From NCBI GenBank assembly GCA_965221905.1, contig OZ244922.1, positions 264,232-328,231 of the forward strand: DNA of 64,000 bases, written 5' to 3'. Positions 26,527-35,591 of the stretch are shown here, piece after piece; position 1 is the first letter of the stretch, and the number at the start of each line of letters is the position of its first letter. Made by a program: the position numbers and the translations under genes. Origin of the DNA: Chloroflexota bacterium (lineage in GTDB: Bacteria; Chloroflexota; UBA11872; VXOZ01). The notes under the pieces are model-generated. The model was not told the origin of the DNA. It did not search any database and saw only the letters and a list, made by a program, of their open reading frames with translations.

Positions 26527-27912
26527 ATGAGTTTCCAGACGAGCAGACGTGCGTTTCTAGCCGGAACGGCCACGACTATCGGGGGAGTTGTCCTAGCAGC
26601 GTGCGGTCAGGTAGCGACGACGACCGAGATGATGGAAGAAAAACCGGCTGAGCCCAAGGAAGAGGCAAAGGCCGTCGAGGAGCCCGTAGCCGAGCAAGTG
26701 ACCATCCAGTTCCTGTGGCCGCCCTATTCGCCGGCCAAGGAGCGCTGGCACGACCGCTTGGTCGACGCATACATGGAGAAGAACCCCAATATAACTATCT
26801 CCACGATTCTCGATACGGCGCTCGACGATCGCATTGGCACGAATGCCGCTGCCGGAGGCGGCTTGCTAGACGTGGCCTGGCACGGCTGGGGCTGGGCGCG
26901 CTGGGGAGAAACAGGTGTCTTCCTGCCGCTCGAGCCGTACGTCAAGGCGTCGAGTCTAGACCTGAACGAATACTATAAGTCCGCCATCGACGGTGTCACC
27001 TGGAACGGCACGTTGCATGCGCTGCCCCTGGGCATTCTAACGCCGGTAATGGCGCTTAACCTCGATTCGCTCGCGGCGGCGGGCATTGAGGTGCCGTCCG
27101 ACGACTGGACCTTCGATGACATGATTGATATTGGCGCCAAGCTCACCGATGCCGCCAACGGCAAATGGGGCGTGTCGACGCGCTTCTGGTATTGGTCAAC
27201 CTGGTACGTCTCCTATGGTCGCGATCAGGGTTCCGTGAACAATGAGTGGCAGACAATGAGCTGGGACGCGCCGGTGCGCACCGAACTGATTAGGACGCGG
27301 GCAGACCTGTTCCACAAGCACCAAGTCGAAGCCTACGGCGACGATGCCAAAGAAGAAACGATCTTCGATCACTTCAAGAACCAGAATGTTACCATCTACT
27401 CGGGCTACAACTGGCTGGTGCCCAGCTTCCGTACAGACGTGCAGTTCAATTGGACGTTGCATCCCATCCCGTTCATCGATTTCGAAGGTGAGCCGACGCG
27501 CAACGGCGCGCTCTACACCGAGGAGATCGCCTTGGTGGAAGGCAGCAAGGTGCTGGACGACGGGTGGGACTTCGCCTCGTGGATCTGCGGTCCGGAGCAA
27601 TTGGATACGGCCGCCCGTAACGGCGACACGACGCCGACGATCAAGTCAATTGCTGAGAGCGAAGCTTTCATCAATCTGGACTTGCCGCCCGGTGAGAGAA
27701 TCGTCGAGTACCTGCGGGCCATGGAAACCGCCATTCCGTTCTTGCTCCATCCCATCGGACGCGATCTCGCCACTCCCCTGTGGAAGAACGCCCAACAGGC
27801 GACGCAAGCCAATCCGACCTTGACGCCGGAGGAAGTTACGCGCACGGCCCAAGGAGAAGCCCAAGCTATCTTGGACGAGTACAACGCGAGCAGGAAGGAA
27901 GCTGGGCGGTAG
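26527..27912 (+). CDS. ABC transporter extracellular solute-binding lipoprotein (family 1), orphan
   Basis: Tat/lipoprotein signal MSFQTSRRAFLAGTATTIGGVVLAACG after an AGGGAG SD. SBP_bac_1-like body. No permease genes nearby. Confidence 0.8.
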   Translation: MSFQTSRRAFLAGTATTIGGVVLAACGQVATTTEMMEEKPAEPKEEAKAVEEPVAEQVTIQFLWPPYSPAKERWHDRLVDAYMEKNPNITISTILDTALDDRIGTNAAAGGGLLDVAWHGWGWARWGETGVFLPLEPYVKASSLDLNEYYKSAIDGVTWNGTLHALPLGILTPVMALNLDSLAAAGIEVPSDDWTFDDMIDIGAKLTDAANGKWGVSTRFWYWSTWYVSYGRDQGSVNNEWQTMSWDAPVRTELIRTRADLFHKHQVEAYGDDAKEETIFDHFKNQNVTIYSGYNWLVPSFRTDVQFNWTLHPIPFIDFEGEPTRNGALYTEEIALVEGSKVLDDGWDFASWICGPEQLDTAARNGDTTPTIKSIAESEAFINLDLPPGERIVEYLRAMETAIPFLLHPIGRDLATPLWKNAQQATQANPTLTPEEVTRTAQGEAQAILDEYNASRKEAGR

Positions 27913-27972
27913 GAGGTAGGTAAGCGGGGGTACGGCAGGACCGTGCCCTTGCTTGTATTGCTTTGGAAGTAG

Positions 27973-29043
27973 GTGCGAAGTATGAGCACGTCCGGTGTAG
28001 CGCCTGACGATGCGGAAGCCATTCGCCAGGAACAGGTAGCGGAAATTGACCGCTACTACTCCGCCTTGGTTTACGCGGCGGCAGAAACGCGCGAACGCGC
28101 TTGGCAGCGCGACACGAGATCGCCTGCTGCCTATCGGCAATCGGTGACGCCTAACCGCCAACGGTTTCTTCAACTGTTGGGAGGCGTGCCGCGCGATGCG
28201 GTTCCTCTGGAGCCGCGATGGGAGGACCTGCCTGAGCATACGGGGATTACGTCGCGGCGCGTCTGGATTCCGGTGGATGAAGGCGTCCACGTTTACGGCG
28301 TGCTGCTCGTGCCGGCAGAACCAGAAGGCCCGAAACCGGCAGTGATCGCCCAGCATGGCTTCTCCGGTTCGCCGGAGGCGACGTGCGGCTACTACGAATT
28401 GGAAGATACCGCCTACCTGCGCTCTTTTGGTTTGCGCTTGGCTGAGAAAGGCTACGTGGTCTTTGCCCCGCTGGTCATGAACAATACGCCGGACCGGTCG
28501 CGAACCAACCGCAAGGCCGCGCTTATCGCGCAGCAGCTCTTGGGGCTGGAAGTGGGCAAGATGATGCGCGTGGTGGACTACCTACAGACCTTCCCGGATG
28601 TAGACAACAACCGCATCGGCTACATGGGCATTTCGCAGGGCGGCATGATGGCGCTCTGGGCAGCCGCCGCCGACGAGCGCATCGCGGCCTGCGTCTGCTC
28701 CGGCTACTTTACCAACCGCGCGCCGAAGATGATCGAGCCGTCCCCACACTATAGGTCTTTCATCGAGACCGGCGATGACGATAAGTTCTTCTGGGGCCAG
28801 TTGAACGAGTTCTCCGATAGCGACATAGCTTCGCTCATTTGCCCGCGACCCTTCTTCGTGGAGGCGGGAACGGAAGACCGCGTATTCTGGCTGGAACACG
28901 TGAAGGAGGAGTTTTCACAACTCCAATCAATCTATGCAGAGCTTGGAATTGAGGAACGAGTCGAGCTTGGGATCTTTGAAGGGCCGCACTTGATTCACGG
29001 TATTGAGTCTTTTGCCTTCTTGGATCGCTGGCTGCAAGGGTGA
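27973..29043 (+). CDS. Alpha/beta hydrolase (dienelactone hydrolase / acetyl-xylan-esterase-like)
   Basis: GxSxG nucleophile elbow GISQGG, a preceding HGFSGSPE, and a C-terminal His region (GPHLIHG). Confidence 0.7.
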   Translation: MRSMSTSGVAPDDAEAIRQEQVAEIDRYYSALVYAAAETRERAWQRDTRSPAAYRQSVTPNRQRFLQLLGGVPRDAVPLEPRWEDLPEHTGITSRRVWIPVDEGVHVYGVLLVPAEPEGPKPAVIAQHGFSGSPEATCGYYELEDTAYLRSFGLRLAEKGYVVFAPLVMNNTPDRSRTNRKAALIAQQLLGLEVGKMMRVVDYLQTFPDVDNNRIGYMGISQGGMMALWAAAADERIAACVCSGYFTNRAPKMIEPSPHYRSFIETGDDDKFFWGQLNEFSDSDIASLICPRPFFVEAGTEDRVFWLEHVKEEFSQLQSIYAELGIEERVELGIFEGPHLIHGIESFAFLDRWLQG

Positions 29044-29118
29044 CGGTAGCCTATCTCACGCGTAGTGCTTTAGGGAGCGTGGTTGCAACGATGCCTGCGA
29101 GCGATACTAACCGTGCGA

Positions 29119-29212
29119 CTTGAGCCCGTCGAAGGGCGAAGCCGAGGTTGGCAAGTCTCGGTGCGTGCACAATCCCGTTCGTGCTGAGCCTGTCGAAGTA
29201 CGAACGGAAGGG
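29119..29212. repeat. 'CCGTTCGTGCTGAGCCTGTCGAAG' family repeat cluster
   Basis: CCCGTTCGTGCTGAGCCTGTCGAAG at 29174-29198, plus a partial TGAGCCCGTCGAAGGGC at about 29121. The track ORFs here (..FDRLSTNG..) are read-through of the repeat. Confidence 0.65.
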
Positions 29213-29433
29213 GAATGCTATGTGCAAAAATCCCAAACGTTCGCTCTTTCCCTGCCAAGACCCATTCTAAACATACCGAAGTTCGATACGGTGGTTCGGC
29301 AAGTTCACCACGAACGGTTCAGACGGACTCTACAAATGTCCTCTTTGGAAGAGAATCGAAATGAGGATATCGGAAACTCTTGGCCGGCAGCATTCCGCGA
29401 CATTTCAGTGCAACTGACTTGAAGGACTAAGCC

Positions 29434-30264
29434 ATGACGGCCTCTGCCGAGACGCAGCACAAGGTACTCAGCGAAGAACAGGTCGCCTTCTATCAGCGGC
29501 ATGGCTATCTGATTCTTGAAAACGTGCTGTCGGCGGCAGAGCTACAGGAATTACGGGCAGTGACGGAGGGATTGCGCGAGGAGCGCGCCCGCATCGCCGG
29601 CGACGACCGGATCGCCGCTATCATGGACTTTGCGCTGCTCGATGACGCCTTTATGCAAGCCGCGCACCAGCCGACAATGCTGGCCGCAGTCACGCAACTC
29701 ATTGGCGAGAACTTGCGCTTGCAACACTGCAAGCTGAACTGGAAGCCCCCAACCAAGGGCACCGGGGAAGTGGACTGGCACCAGGACTTTCCCTTCTTGC
29801 CCCACACCAACTACGATCTGCTGGCGTGCATGATCCTCTTGGACGATTCCGTGCCGGAGAACGGCTGTATGCGCGTGATTCCCGGCAGCCACCTGCGCGG
29901 CCCGGTCGACCATTTCGATGCAAATGGGATCTTTGCGAGAGTATGCACCGATCCTGCAGATTACGAAGATGATCTAGCACGCGGCAACGTAGTCGACCTC
30001 ATCGCGCCTGCCGGATCGATAACGATCCACCACTGCTGCATCGTCCACGCTTCGTATCCGAACAACAGTGATACTCCCCGGCGGGGCCTGATCTACCAAA
30101 TCGCCGCCGGTGATAGCATCCAACTCGGCGGCCACCTGTATAAAGTCTGGCCGATTTGGCTCCAAGGCCAGGACCCATTGCGCGCCCGCATGGGCGACGG
30201 CACGGTGTTTCGTCTCAGCAGACCGCTGACCAACGCCGGCGGTCTCGAACCGAGCGAAGACTAG
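29434..30264 (+). CDS. Phytanoyl-CoA dioxygenase (PhyH) family Fe(II)/2-oxoglutarate oxygenase, copy 1
   Basis: FYQRHGYLILENVLS, WHQDFPF (HxD), IHHCCIVHAS (distal His), RRG. Confidence 0.85.
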   Translation: MTASAETQHKVLSEEQVAFYQRHGYLILENVLSAAELQELRAVTEGLREERARIAGDDRIAAIMDFALLDDAFMQAAHQPTMLAAVTQLIGENLRLQHCKLNWKPPTKGTGEVDWHQDFPFLPHTNYDLLACMILLDDSVPENGCMRVIPGSHLRGPVDHFDANGIFARVCTDPADYEDDLARGNVVDLIAPAGSITIHHCCIVHASYPNNSDTPRRGLIYQIAAGDSIQLGGHLYKVWPIWLQGQDPLRARMGDGTVFRLSRPLTNAGGLEPSED

Positions 30265-30280
30265 GCCGAGTTATGGGTTT

Positions 30281-30313
30281 GCGGCATTCCGAGCGGAGCG
30301 AGGACTCTAGAAC
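30281..30313. repeat. 'CATTCCGAGCGGAGCGAGGA(C/A)TC'-type GC-rich repeat
   Basis: GCGGCATTCCGAGCGGAGCGAGGACTCTAGAAC. It resembles the element at 44369-44428 (..CTGAGG..CGACGAAGAATCTAGAG). Confidence 0.45.
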
Positions 30314-30607
30314 GTCTATCCTGCTTGTTCGCCAAATTGCGCAACGCAGAACGACAGCGAGAGCGTAGCGCGGGAGCTTGTGCCCCACTCGGGACCGTGT
30401 GCACGCGGTTTGGGACGGCTGAATTCCTGCCCCGAACCAAGAAAGAGATGCGCTCTGCGCGCAAGTGACAGGCTAGGGTTCGGCCGATTTCCACTTTTTA
30501 CACGAAAGAGCCAGAAGTCTACGTGATACAGTATCAACACAACCTAGCCAAGTAAGTGTATACGCGCCGAATGTACCTGCTATTAGGAATAGAGGAGCAG
30601 AAGACCC

Positions 30608-31459
30608 ATGGCGACGTCTCTCGCAACCCAGGAAAAAGTCCTTAGCGACGACCAGGTCGCCTTTTACCAGCGACATGGCTACCTCATCCTGAAGAACGTG
30701 CTGTCGGCGAGCGAGCTGCAGGAGTTGCAAGCTGCTTCGGGGCGGCTACGCGACGAACGCGCCCGCCTGGCCGGAGACGATCGCCTGGCCGTCATTCAAA
30801 ACGTGGCGCTCTTCGATGACGCCTTCATGATGGCCGCGAAGCATCCGGTGATGCTGGGTGCGGTCACGCAGCTTATTGGCGAGAACCTGCGCCTGCAACA
30901 CTGCAAGCTGAACTGGAAACCGCCGGCCAAGGGCAAAGGCGAGGTGGGCTGGCATCAGGACTTCCCTTTCTTCCCGCACACCAACTACGATCTGCTGGCG
31001 TGCATGTTCCTGCTGGATGATGCCGTGCCCGAGAACGGCTGTATGCGCATGATTCCCGGCAGCCACCTGCGCGGGCCTGCCGACCACTACGACGCTGACG
31101 GTAAGTTCACCGGTCGCTGCACCGATCCGCGCGAATACGAGAACGACGTGGCCCGAGAAAACATAGTGGACTTGGTCGTTCCGGCCGGCTCCATGACCAT
31201 CCACCACTGCTGCATGCTGCACGCCTCCTATCCAAACCATAGCGACACGCCGCGGCGGGGTCTGGTCTACCAAATTGCCGCCGGTGACAGCATCCAACTC
31301 GGCGGCAACCTGCACAAAGTGTGGCCGATCTGGCTTCAGGGCGAAAACCCATTGCAGGCCCGCATCGGCAACCACACGGTGTACCGGCTCAGCCAGCAGA
31401 TCACAAACGTCGGCGGCCTGGAACCCAGCGCGGACTGGCAGAAGGTAACGCAGGACTAG
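30608..31459 (+). CDS. Phytanoyl-CoA dioxygenase (PhyH) family Fe(II)/2-oxoglutarate oxygenase, copy 2 (tandem paralogue)
   Basis: Colinear with copy 1 and identical at roughly three quarters of positions by eye. WHQDFPF, IHHCCMLHAS. Confidence 0.85.
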   Translation: MATSLATQEKVLSDDQVAFYQRHGYLILKNVLSASELQELQAASGRLRDERARLAGDDRLAVIQNVALFDDAFMMAAKHPVMLGAVTQLIGENLRLQHCKLNWKPPAKGKGEVGWHQDFPFFPHTNYDLLACMFLLDDAVPENGCMRMIPGSHLRGPADHYDADGKFTGRCTDPREYENDVARENIVDLVVPAGSMTIHHCCMLHASYPNHSDTPRRGLVYQIAAGDSIQLGGNLHKVWPIWLQGENPLQARIGNHTVYRLSQQITNVGGLEPSADWQKVTQD

Positions 31460-31465
31460 ACTCGT

Positions 31466-31501
31466 GTTCCCAGTAGTGCTCCGTGCGTGCTTGCTGGGAA
31501 C
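31466..31501. terminator. Hairpin between the convergent PhyH-2 and GH32 genes
   Basis: GTTCCCAG...CTGGGAAC stem followed by TGGAAAATT. Confidence 0.35.
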
Positions 31502-31572
31502 TGGAAAATTCTACTAAGGCTGGTACAGCACTTGGAAAGCCGCAAACGACGACCTCGCCGAGATGGGCCGCC

Positions 31573-33201
31573 TTAATGCTGAGTGTAAATGCTCCGCATC
31601 TGCCAGGCGTCGAGGGAGCGGAGTTGGGCGGGGCTGCCCTGGGTGCGCAGGGAGACGCCGGTGCTGTCACCCCGTCCGGGGTAGACACGGACTGCGACGC
31701 ATTGCTTGCCGTTCGCGAAGACCTCTACCACGCTGCGGTCGACGAATACCCGGAGCCTGAGCGGCTCGTCCGGGTCGAGCCGGATAGGGGCCGTCTCGGG
31801 AGCGCGGGAGAGTGCGCCTGGCAGGGCTGACGAGTAGGAAGAGTCGAGGGTCAGGAGGCTTTCGAAGCGGTCGACGGTCCTCGGGCTCTTGTAGCCGCGG
31901 ATGGCGACTTGGCCGGTGTGGTGGACCGCGCCGGGCTGGACGGAGAGGTTCTGTACCTTGAAGCCGCGGTCCTTGTAGAAGGCGATGCGTGTGTACTCCT
32001 CTCTGCCCGGGGACCGGAGGACGTTCAGCTCGACCATAGGCGCCGCGCCGGGGTCGAGCTCGATCGCCAGCTCCATCGCGCTGCCCTCGATGCCTTCCAG
32101 CACCACTTCCTCGTTGGCGGGGAGCTCCGTCGGCCCGACGTGCCTGTGGTCATGCCTGAGGGACTCGATGTCGCCGGCGGGCTCGACACGCACGTCGTCG
32201 TCTCCCGCTAGGGTGAGACGCCGGGGGAGGGTCATGATCTGGTTCCAGCCCTCGGTGGGGAACCCGGGGTTCATGTTGAACAGGACGATGATGCCTCCCT
32301 GTCCGTCGGGCGTAGCGGATGGGGCATGGACGCCTGACGGGACAGCCGGACCGAAGTTGAAGAGGCCATGGGAGGTGACGACCAGCTTGTCGCGGTCCTC
32401 GTCGTAGTCGCCGAGCAGGTACTGGCCGCCGCTCATGTGGCTGAAGAAGAGGAGCATATAGCGGTCGCCGATGGGCCAGAAGTAGGGGCATGCGCCGTCG
32501 TCGCCCACCAGCGTGTACATGTCATCCTCGGTGAGGGGGTGCAGGTACTCCCAGGTCTCCAGGTCCTTCGAGCGGAATACGAAGTCGGCGGCAATTCGCT
32601 GGCCGCCGGGGCCGTCGGTCAGCGTGCCTCCGGAGAGGGAGTGGTAGACGCCGTCGCGCTTCCAGATACAGGGGTCGAAGACCGTGTACTTCCTGGGCGA
32701 GCCGTCGTGTTCCGGAATGGGGATGATCGGCTGGCCCGTGACCTTCTCCCAGTTGAGGAGGAGCTGGTCGCTGGAGACGGCGACCATGTTGCCAACCTGT
32801 GTCCCGTGGTAGATGGCTATGACCCGGTCGTCCTCGACGAGGGCCCCGCCGGAGAAGCAGCTCTCCTCCGGGTCGGGGTAGATGGCATACGGCAGGTCGC
32901 GCCAGCGGATGAGGTCGTCGCTGACGGCGTGCCCCCAGTGGGGCCGGGGGTCTTCCGGTGGGTAGCCCTGGTAGAAGAGGTGCCAGCGTCCCTGCCAGAA
33001 GCAGAGACCGTTGGGGTCGTTCAGTCTGTTCTCGGGACTGACGAAGTGGTACAGCGGGCGGTGGGGGTCGCCCTCCATCGCCTTTCGGGATGCGGCCATC
33101 CGCCGCACCATCGGGTTGTCGCGAAGCTGGGCTTCCTGCTCGTCGAGGGTGTCTGCGAAGGTGTACCTGGGAGCGCGGGATGCACGGTCGGAAGTGGTCA
33201 T
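31573..33201 (-). CDS. Glycoside hydrolase family 32 (beta-fructofuranosidase/levanase-like), cytoplasmic
   Basis: YHFVSPENRLNDPNGLCFWQGRWHLFYQ (the GH32 NDPNG nucleophile motif), an RDP-like region, and a C-terminal beta-sandwich. No signal peptide. Confidence 0.85.
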   Translation of the reverse strand: MTTSDRASRAPRYTFADTLDEQEAQLRDNPMVRRMAASRKAMEGDPHRPLYHFVSPENRLNDPNGLCFWQGRWHLFYQGYPPEDPRPHWGHAVSDDLIRWRDLPYAIYPDPEESCFSGGALVEDDRVIAIYHGTQVGNMVAVSSDQLLLNWEKVTGQPIIPIPEHDGSPRKYTVFDPCIWKRDGVYHSLSGGTLTDGPGGQRIAADFVFRSKDLETWEYLHPLTEDDMYTLVGDDGACPYFWPIGDRYMLLFFSHMSGGQYLLGDYDEDRDKLVVTSHGLFNFGPAVPSGVHAPSATPDGQGGIIVLFNMNPGFPTEGWNQIMTLPRRLTLAGDDDVRVEPAGDIESLRHDHRHVGPTELPANEEVVLEGIEGSAMELAIELDPGAAPMVELNVLRSPGREEYTRIAFYKDRGFKVQNLSVQPGAVHHTGQVAIRGYKSPRTVDRFESLLTLDSSYSSALPGALSRAPETAPIRLDPDEPLRLRVFVDRSVVEVFANGKQCVAVRVYPGRGDSTGVSLRTQGSPAQLRSLDAWQMRSIYTQH

Positions 33202-33294
33202 TGTGTCTCCTTGTGCTCAATTGGTGGCTGGGGCGGCTCCAAGAACCCAGAGTCAGCCGGATCAGAATCAGCAGCCCGGCGGAGCACTGTGCTT

Positions 33295-33370
33295 CGACCC
33301 TTCGACAAGCCTGTGCTGAGCTTGTCGAAGTGCTCAGGGCAGGCGGGCTCGGAACCGGCTTGCCCTTTGA
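33295..33370. repeat. 'CTTCGACAAGC...GCTTGTCGAAG' palindromic repeat (same family as 13932 and 29174)
   Basis: Perfect 11-bp inverted repeat CTTCGACAAGC/GCTTGTCGAAG around CTGTGCTGA, followed by a GGGCAGGCGGGCTCGGAACCGGCTTGCCC hairpin. Confidence 0.65.
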
Positions 33371-33421
33371 CAGATGTTGCAGTCTGTTCCCCCAACAGAG
33401 AGATGCAGGGTTTCTGCAAAA

Positions 33422-33511
33422 GTCATTCCGGCGAAAGCTCGCCCCCAGCACGGGGGCGCGGAATCCATCTTCTTCGCGTGCCCTGGACTCCGGCTTCCGC
33501 CGGAGTGACGG
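33422..33511. repeat. Composite 'GTCATTCCGGCGAAAGC...GGAATCCATCTTC...GGACTCCGGC...GCCGGAGTGACG' element
   Basis: Same architecture as 6295-6364 and 44539-44645. Confidence 0.7.
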
Positions 33512-33677
33512 ATCGAAAGGCCGGTAAATCGCTCGTACATAGCCAATGCCATCTGGCGCCATTACACACTCAGAAGAATCCAAGCTAGCCTCCACTGCTC
33601 ACTAAAGTGCCGGATCGGCTAGCGGCTTCCTCAACTCACCCGGGAATGACACTCTTCCACTTCTCCGGCGTGGTCAC

Positions 33678-34772
33678 TTAGACGAGCACTCTCCTGCCGT
33701 GCTTCGCTGATTCGTACGCCGCTTCCACCAATTCTAAGGCGCGTACGCCGTCTTCCCAGTCGGGCTTTACCGGCGCGCCGGTGACTATGGCCTCCAAGTA
33801 AGCGCGCAGTTGGATTTCAAATGGGTCGCCGCCTGCGAGGGCTATAGACTCCCACCCGGTCATGGGGTCTGCCTGGAGTTGGGTGGGGTCGTAGCGGAAG
33901 CCGGGGGTGCCGGACTGTAGCTGCCGGTGCATCGCGTTGAAGCTGAAGATCAGGCTGCCGTCCTCACCGTCGATCTCGAAATACGGCACCTCTTCATGCT
34001 TGCGCCGCGCCCAGGACACGAACACGTCGCCCAGCGCGCCATTCTGAAAACGCAACTGCACCGTTGCCGCGTCTTCCAACTCCGCGCGAAAGCGCTCGCC
34101 GTCAGGCGTTTCGCGTTCCGGAAACACGGTTGTCATGTCACACGATACACGCGCGATGGGGCCGATCATCCACCCCAGCAGGTCGAAGAAGTGCGCCATC
34201 ATGTCGTGCACGATGCCGCCGCCCGCCTCGGCTTTCTGGTAGAACCAGGCCGGACGGTTCTCCACTCGCTGTGGCACAAAGTAGCCGAAGACCCCCCGCA
34301 CGTGGAGGATGCGGCCAAGCGCGCCCGATGCGATGATCTCTTTGGCTTTCGCCGGACCCGCTTGGAAGCGCATATTCTGCACAATGCCGTGGTGCACGCC
34401 GGCCTGCCGCGCCGCGCGTAGGAGATACCGGCCTTCTGAGGCCGTATTTGTCAAGGGCTTATCGGTGTACACGTGCTTGCCATTTTGAATCGCTTGCAGC
34501 AGCGGCGTAAAGTGCAGGCGGTTGACAAGGCAGTTATCAATCACGGCAAGCTCAGGGTCGTCGATGAAGCTCTCCAGATCGTTACTCGTCTTTGCCGCGC
34601 CGCATGCCGCCGCCAGCGGTGCGACTTTCGCTGGATCTCGCCCATAGAGAGCGATAGAAACATCGTGGTTTTCGCCGTTTACGACCAGTCCTTGCTCTTG
34701 GATTGCGCGCAGCGCCGTGCTGTGCAGTTGCGCCATGCGTCCGGTGCCCAATACGCCGACGGTGAGGTCCAT
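33678..34772 (-). CDS. Gfo/Idh/MocA family NAD(P)-dependent oxidoreductase
   Basis: Rossmann N-terminus MDLTVGVLGTGRMAQLH after GGAGGA, EKP-like motif (YTDKPL), and a C-terminal alpha/beta domain. Confidence 0.8.
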   Translation of the reverse strand: MDLTVGVLGTGRMAQLHSTALRAIQEQGLVVNGENHDVSIALYGRDPAKVAPLAAACGAAKTSNDLESFIDDPELAVIDNCLVNRLHFTPLLQAIQNGKHVYTDKPLTNTASEGRYLLRAARQAGVHHGIVQNMRFQAGPAKAKEIIASGALGRILHVRGVFGYFVPQRVENRPAWFYQKAEAGGGIVHDMMAHFFDLLGWMIGPIARVSCDMTTVFPERETPDGERFRAELEDAATVQLRFQNGALGDVFVSWARRKHEEVPYFEIDGEDGSLIFSFNAMHRQLQSGTPGFRYDPTQLQADPMTGWESIALAGGDPFEIQLRAYLEAIVTGAPVKPDWEDGVRALELVEAAYESAKHGRRVLV

Positions 34773-35029
34773 AGGTGCGATTTCCTCCGGTTTCGGGTAG
34801 TGCTTGCCGTAGTGTGCTGCACGCCTTGGCCGCCATGGCGTGCTTTTAGTATAGCGAAGAAGGCCGACGACCTGCGATGCTTGCCGCGCGGCTGTTTCCG
34901 CAGTGTGCAAGCAGGTTTGCTATAGTTGCAGGAGTGAGTCGGGCAATCGCTTTCTGCCGCAGCCGAGAGCGGCGGGCGTTGCTCAAGGCGAGAGTACAGA
35001 CGATTGAAGCAGATAACGTAGGAGCGGCT

Positions 35030-35446
35030 ATGGGGCTGTGGTTTTGGATTGGCGTTGCCTTTGTTTCGTGGGGCCTGGCATCATTCTTCGGCAAGATGGT
35101 CGCGCCCTACTTTGCACCCACGTACCTCCTTTGGATACGCAGCATTGTAACGATTGTGCTTCTCTTGCCAATTGTCTGGGCCCAGCGTGCCAACTCGATC
35201 TCGATTACGCCTACGTGGCAGACGTGGGTACTTGTGTTGCTGGTGACGTCATTTACGGCCAGCGCCGTGATTGGCTTCTACAATGCCTTGCGCCTGGGCG
35301 ACGCCTCTCTGGTCACGCCCGCAAGCGGCACCTACCCCGTGCTGACGGCGATACTGGCAGTGCTCTTTCTCGGCGAACAAATGTCGGTCACGCGGGGGCT
35401 GGGCATCTTCTTTGCGGTGGTGGGTATTGTGTTCCTGACGCGTTGA
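35030..35446 (+). CDS. Single EamA-domain (DMT superfamily) small membrane protein
   Basis: 138 aa with 4-5 TM helices. LGDASLVTPASGTYPVLTAILAVLFLGEQMS is typical of the EamA C-terminal helices. ATG at 35030 follows AGGAG. Confidence 0.65.
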   Translation: MGLWFWIGVAFVSWGLASFFGKMVAPYFAPTYLLWIRSIVTIVLLLPIVWAQRANSISITPTWQTWVLVLLVTSFTASAVIGFYNALRLGDASLVTPASGTYPVLTAILAVLFLGEQMSVTRGLGIFFAVVGIVFLTR

Positions 35447-35591
35447 GCGCGTTAAAGCGCTGGCTGCTTGCTGCCGGATTGCATGATTTGGAGGGCGGGT
35501 ACGCCAGCGGGTGTATCAACGAGTGGGAAACTTGGCGAAGATTGTCGTCGTGGTCACGAATCTGAAGAATGGGTAAGGGGAACCGTGGGCT

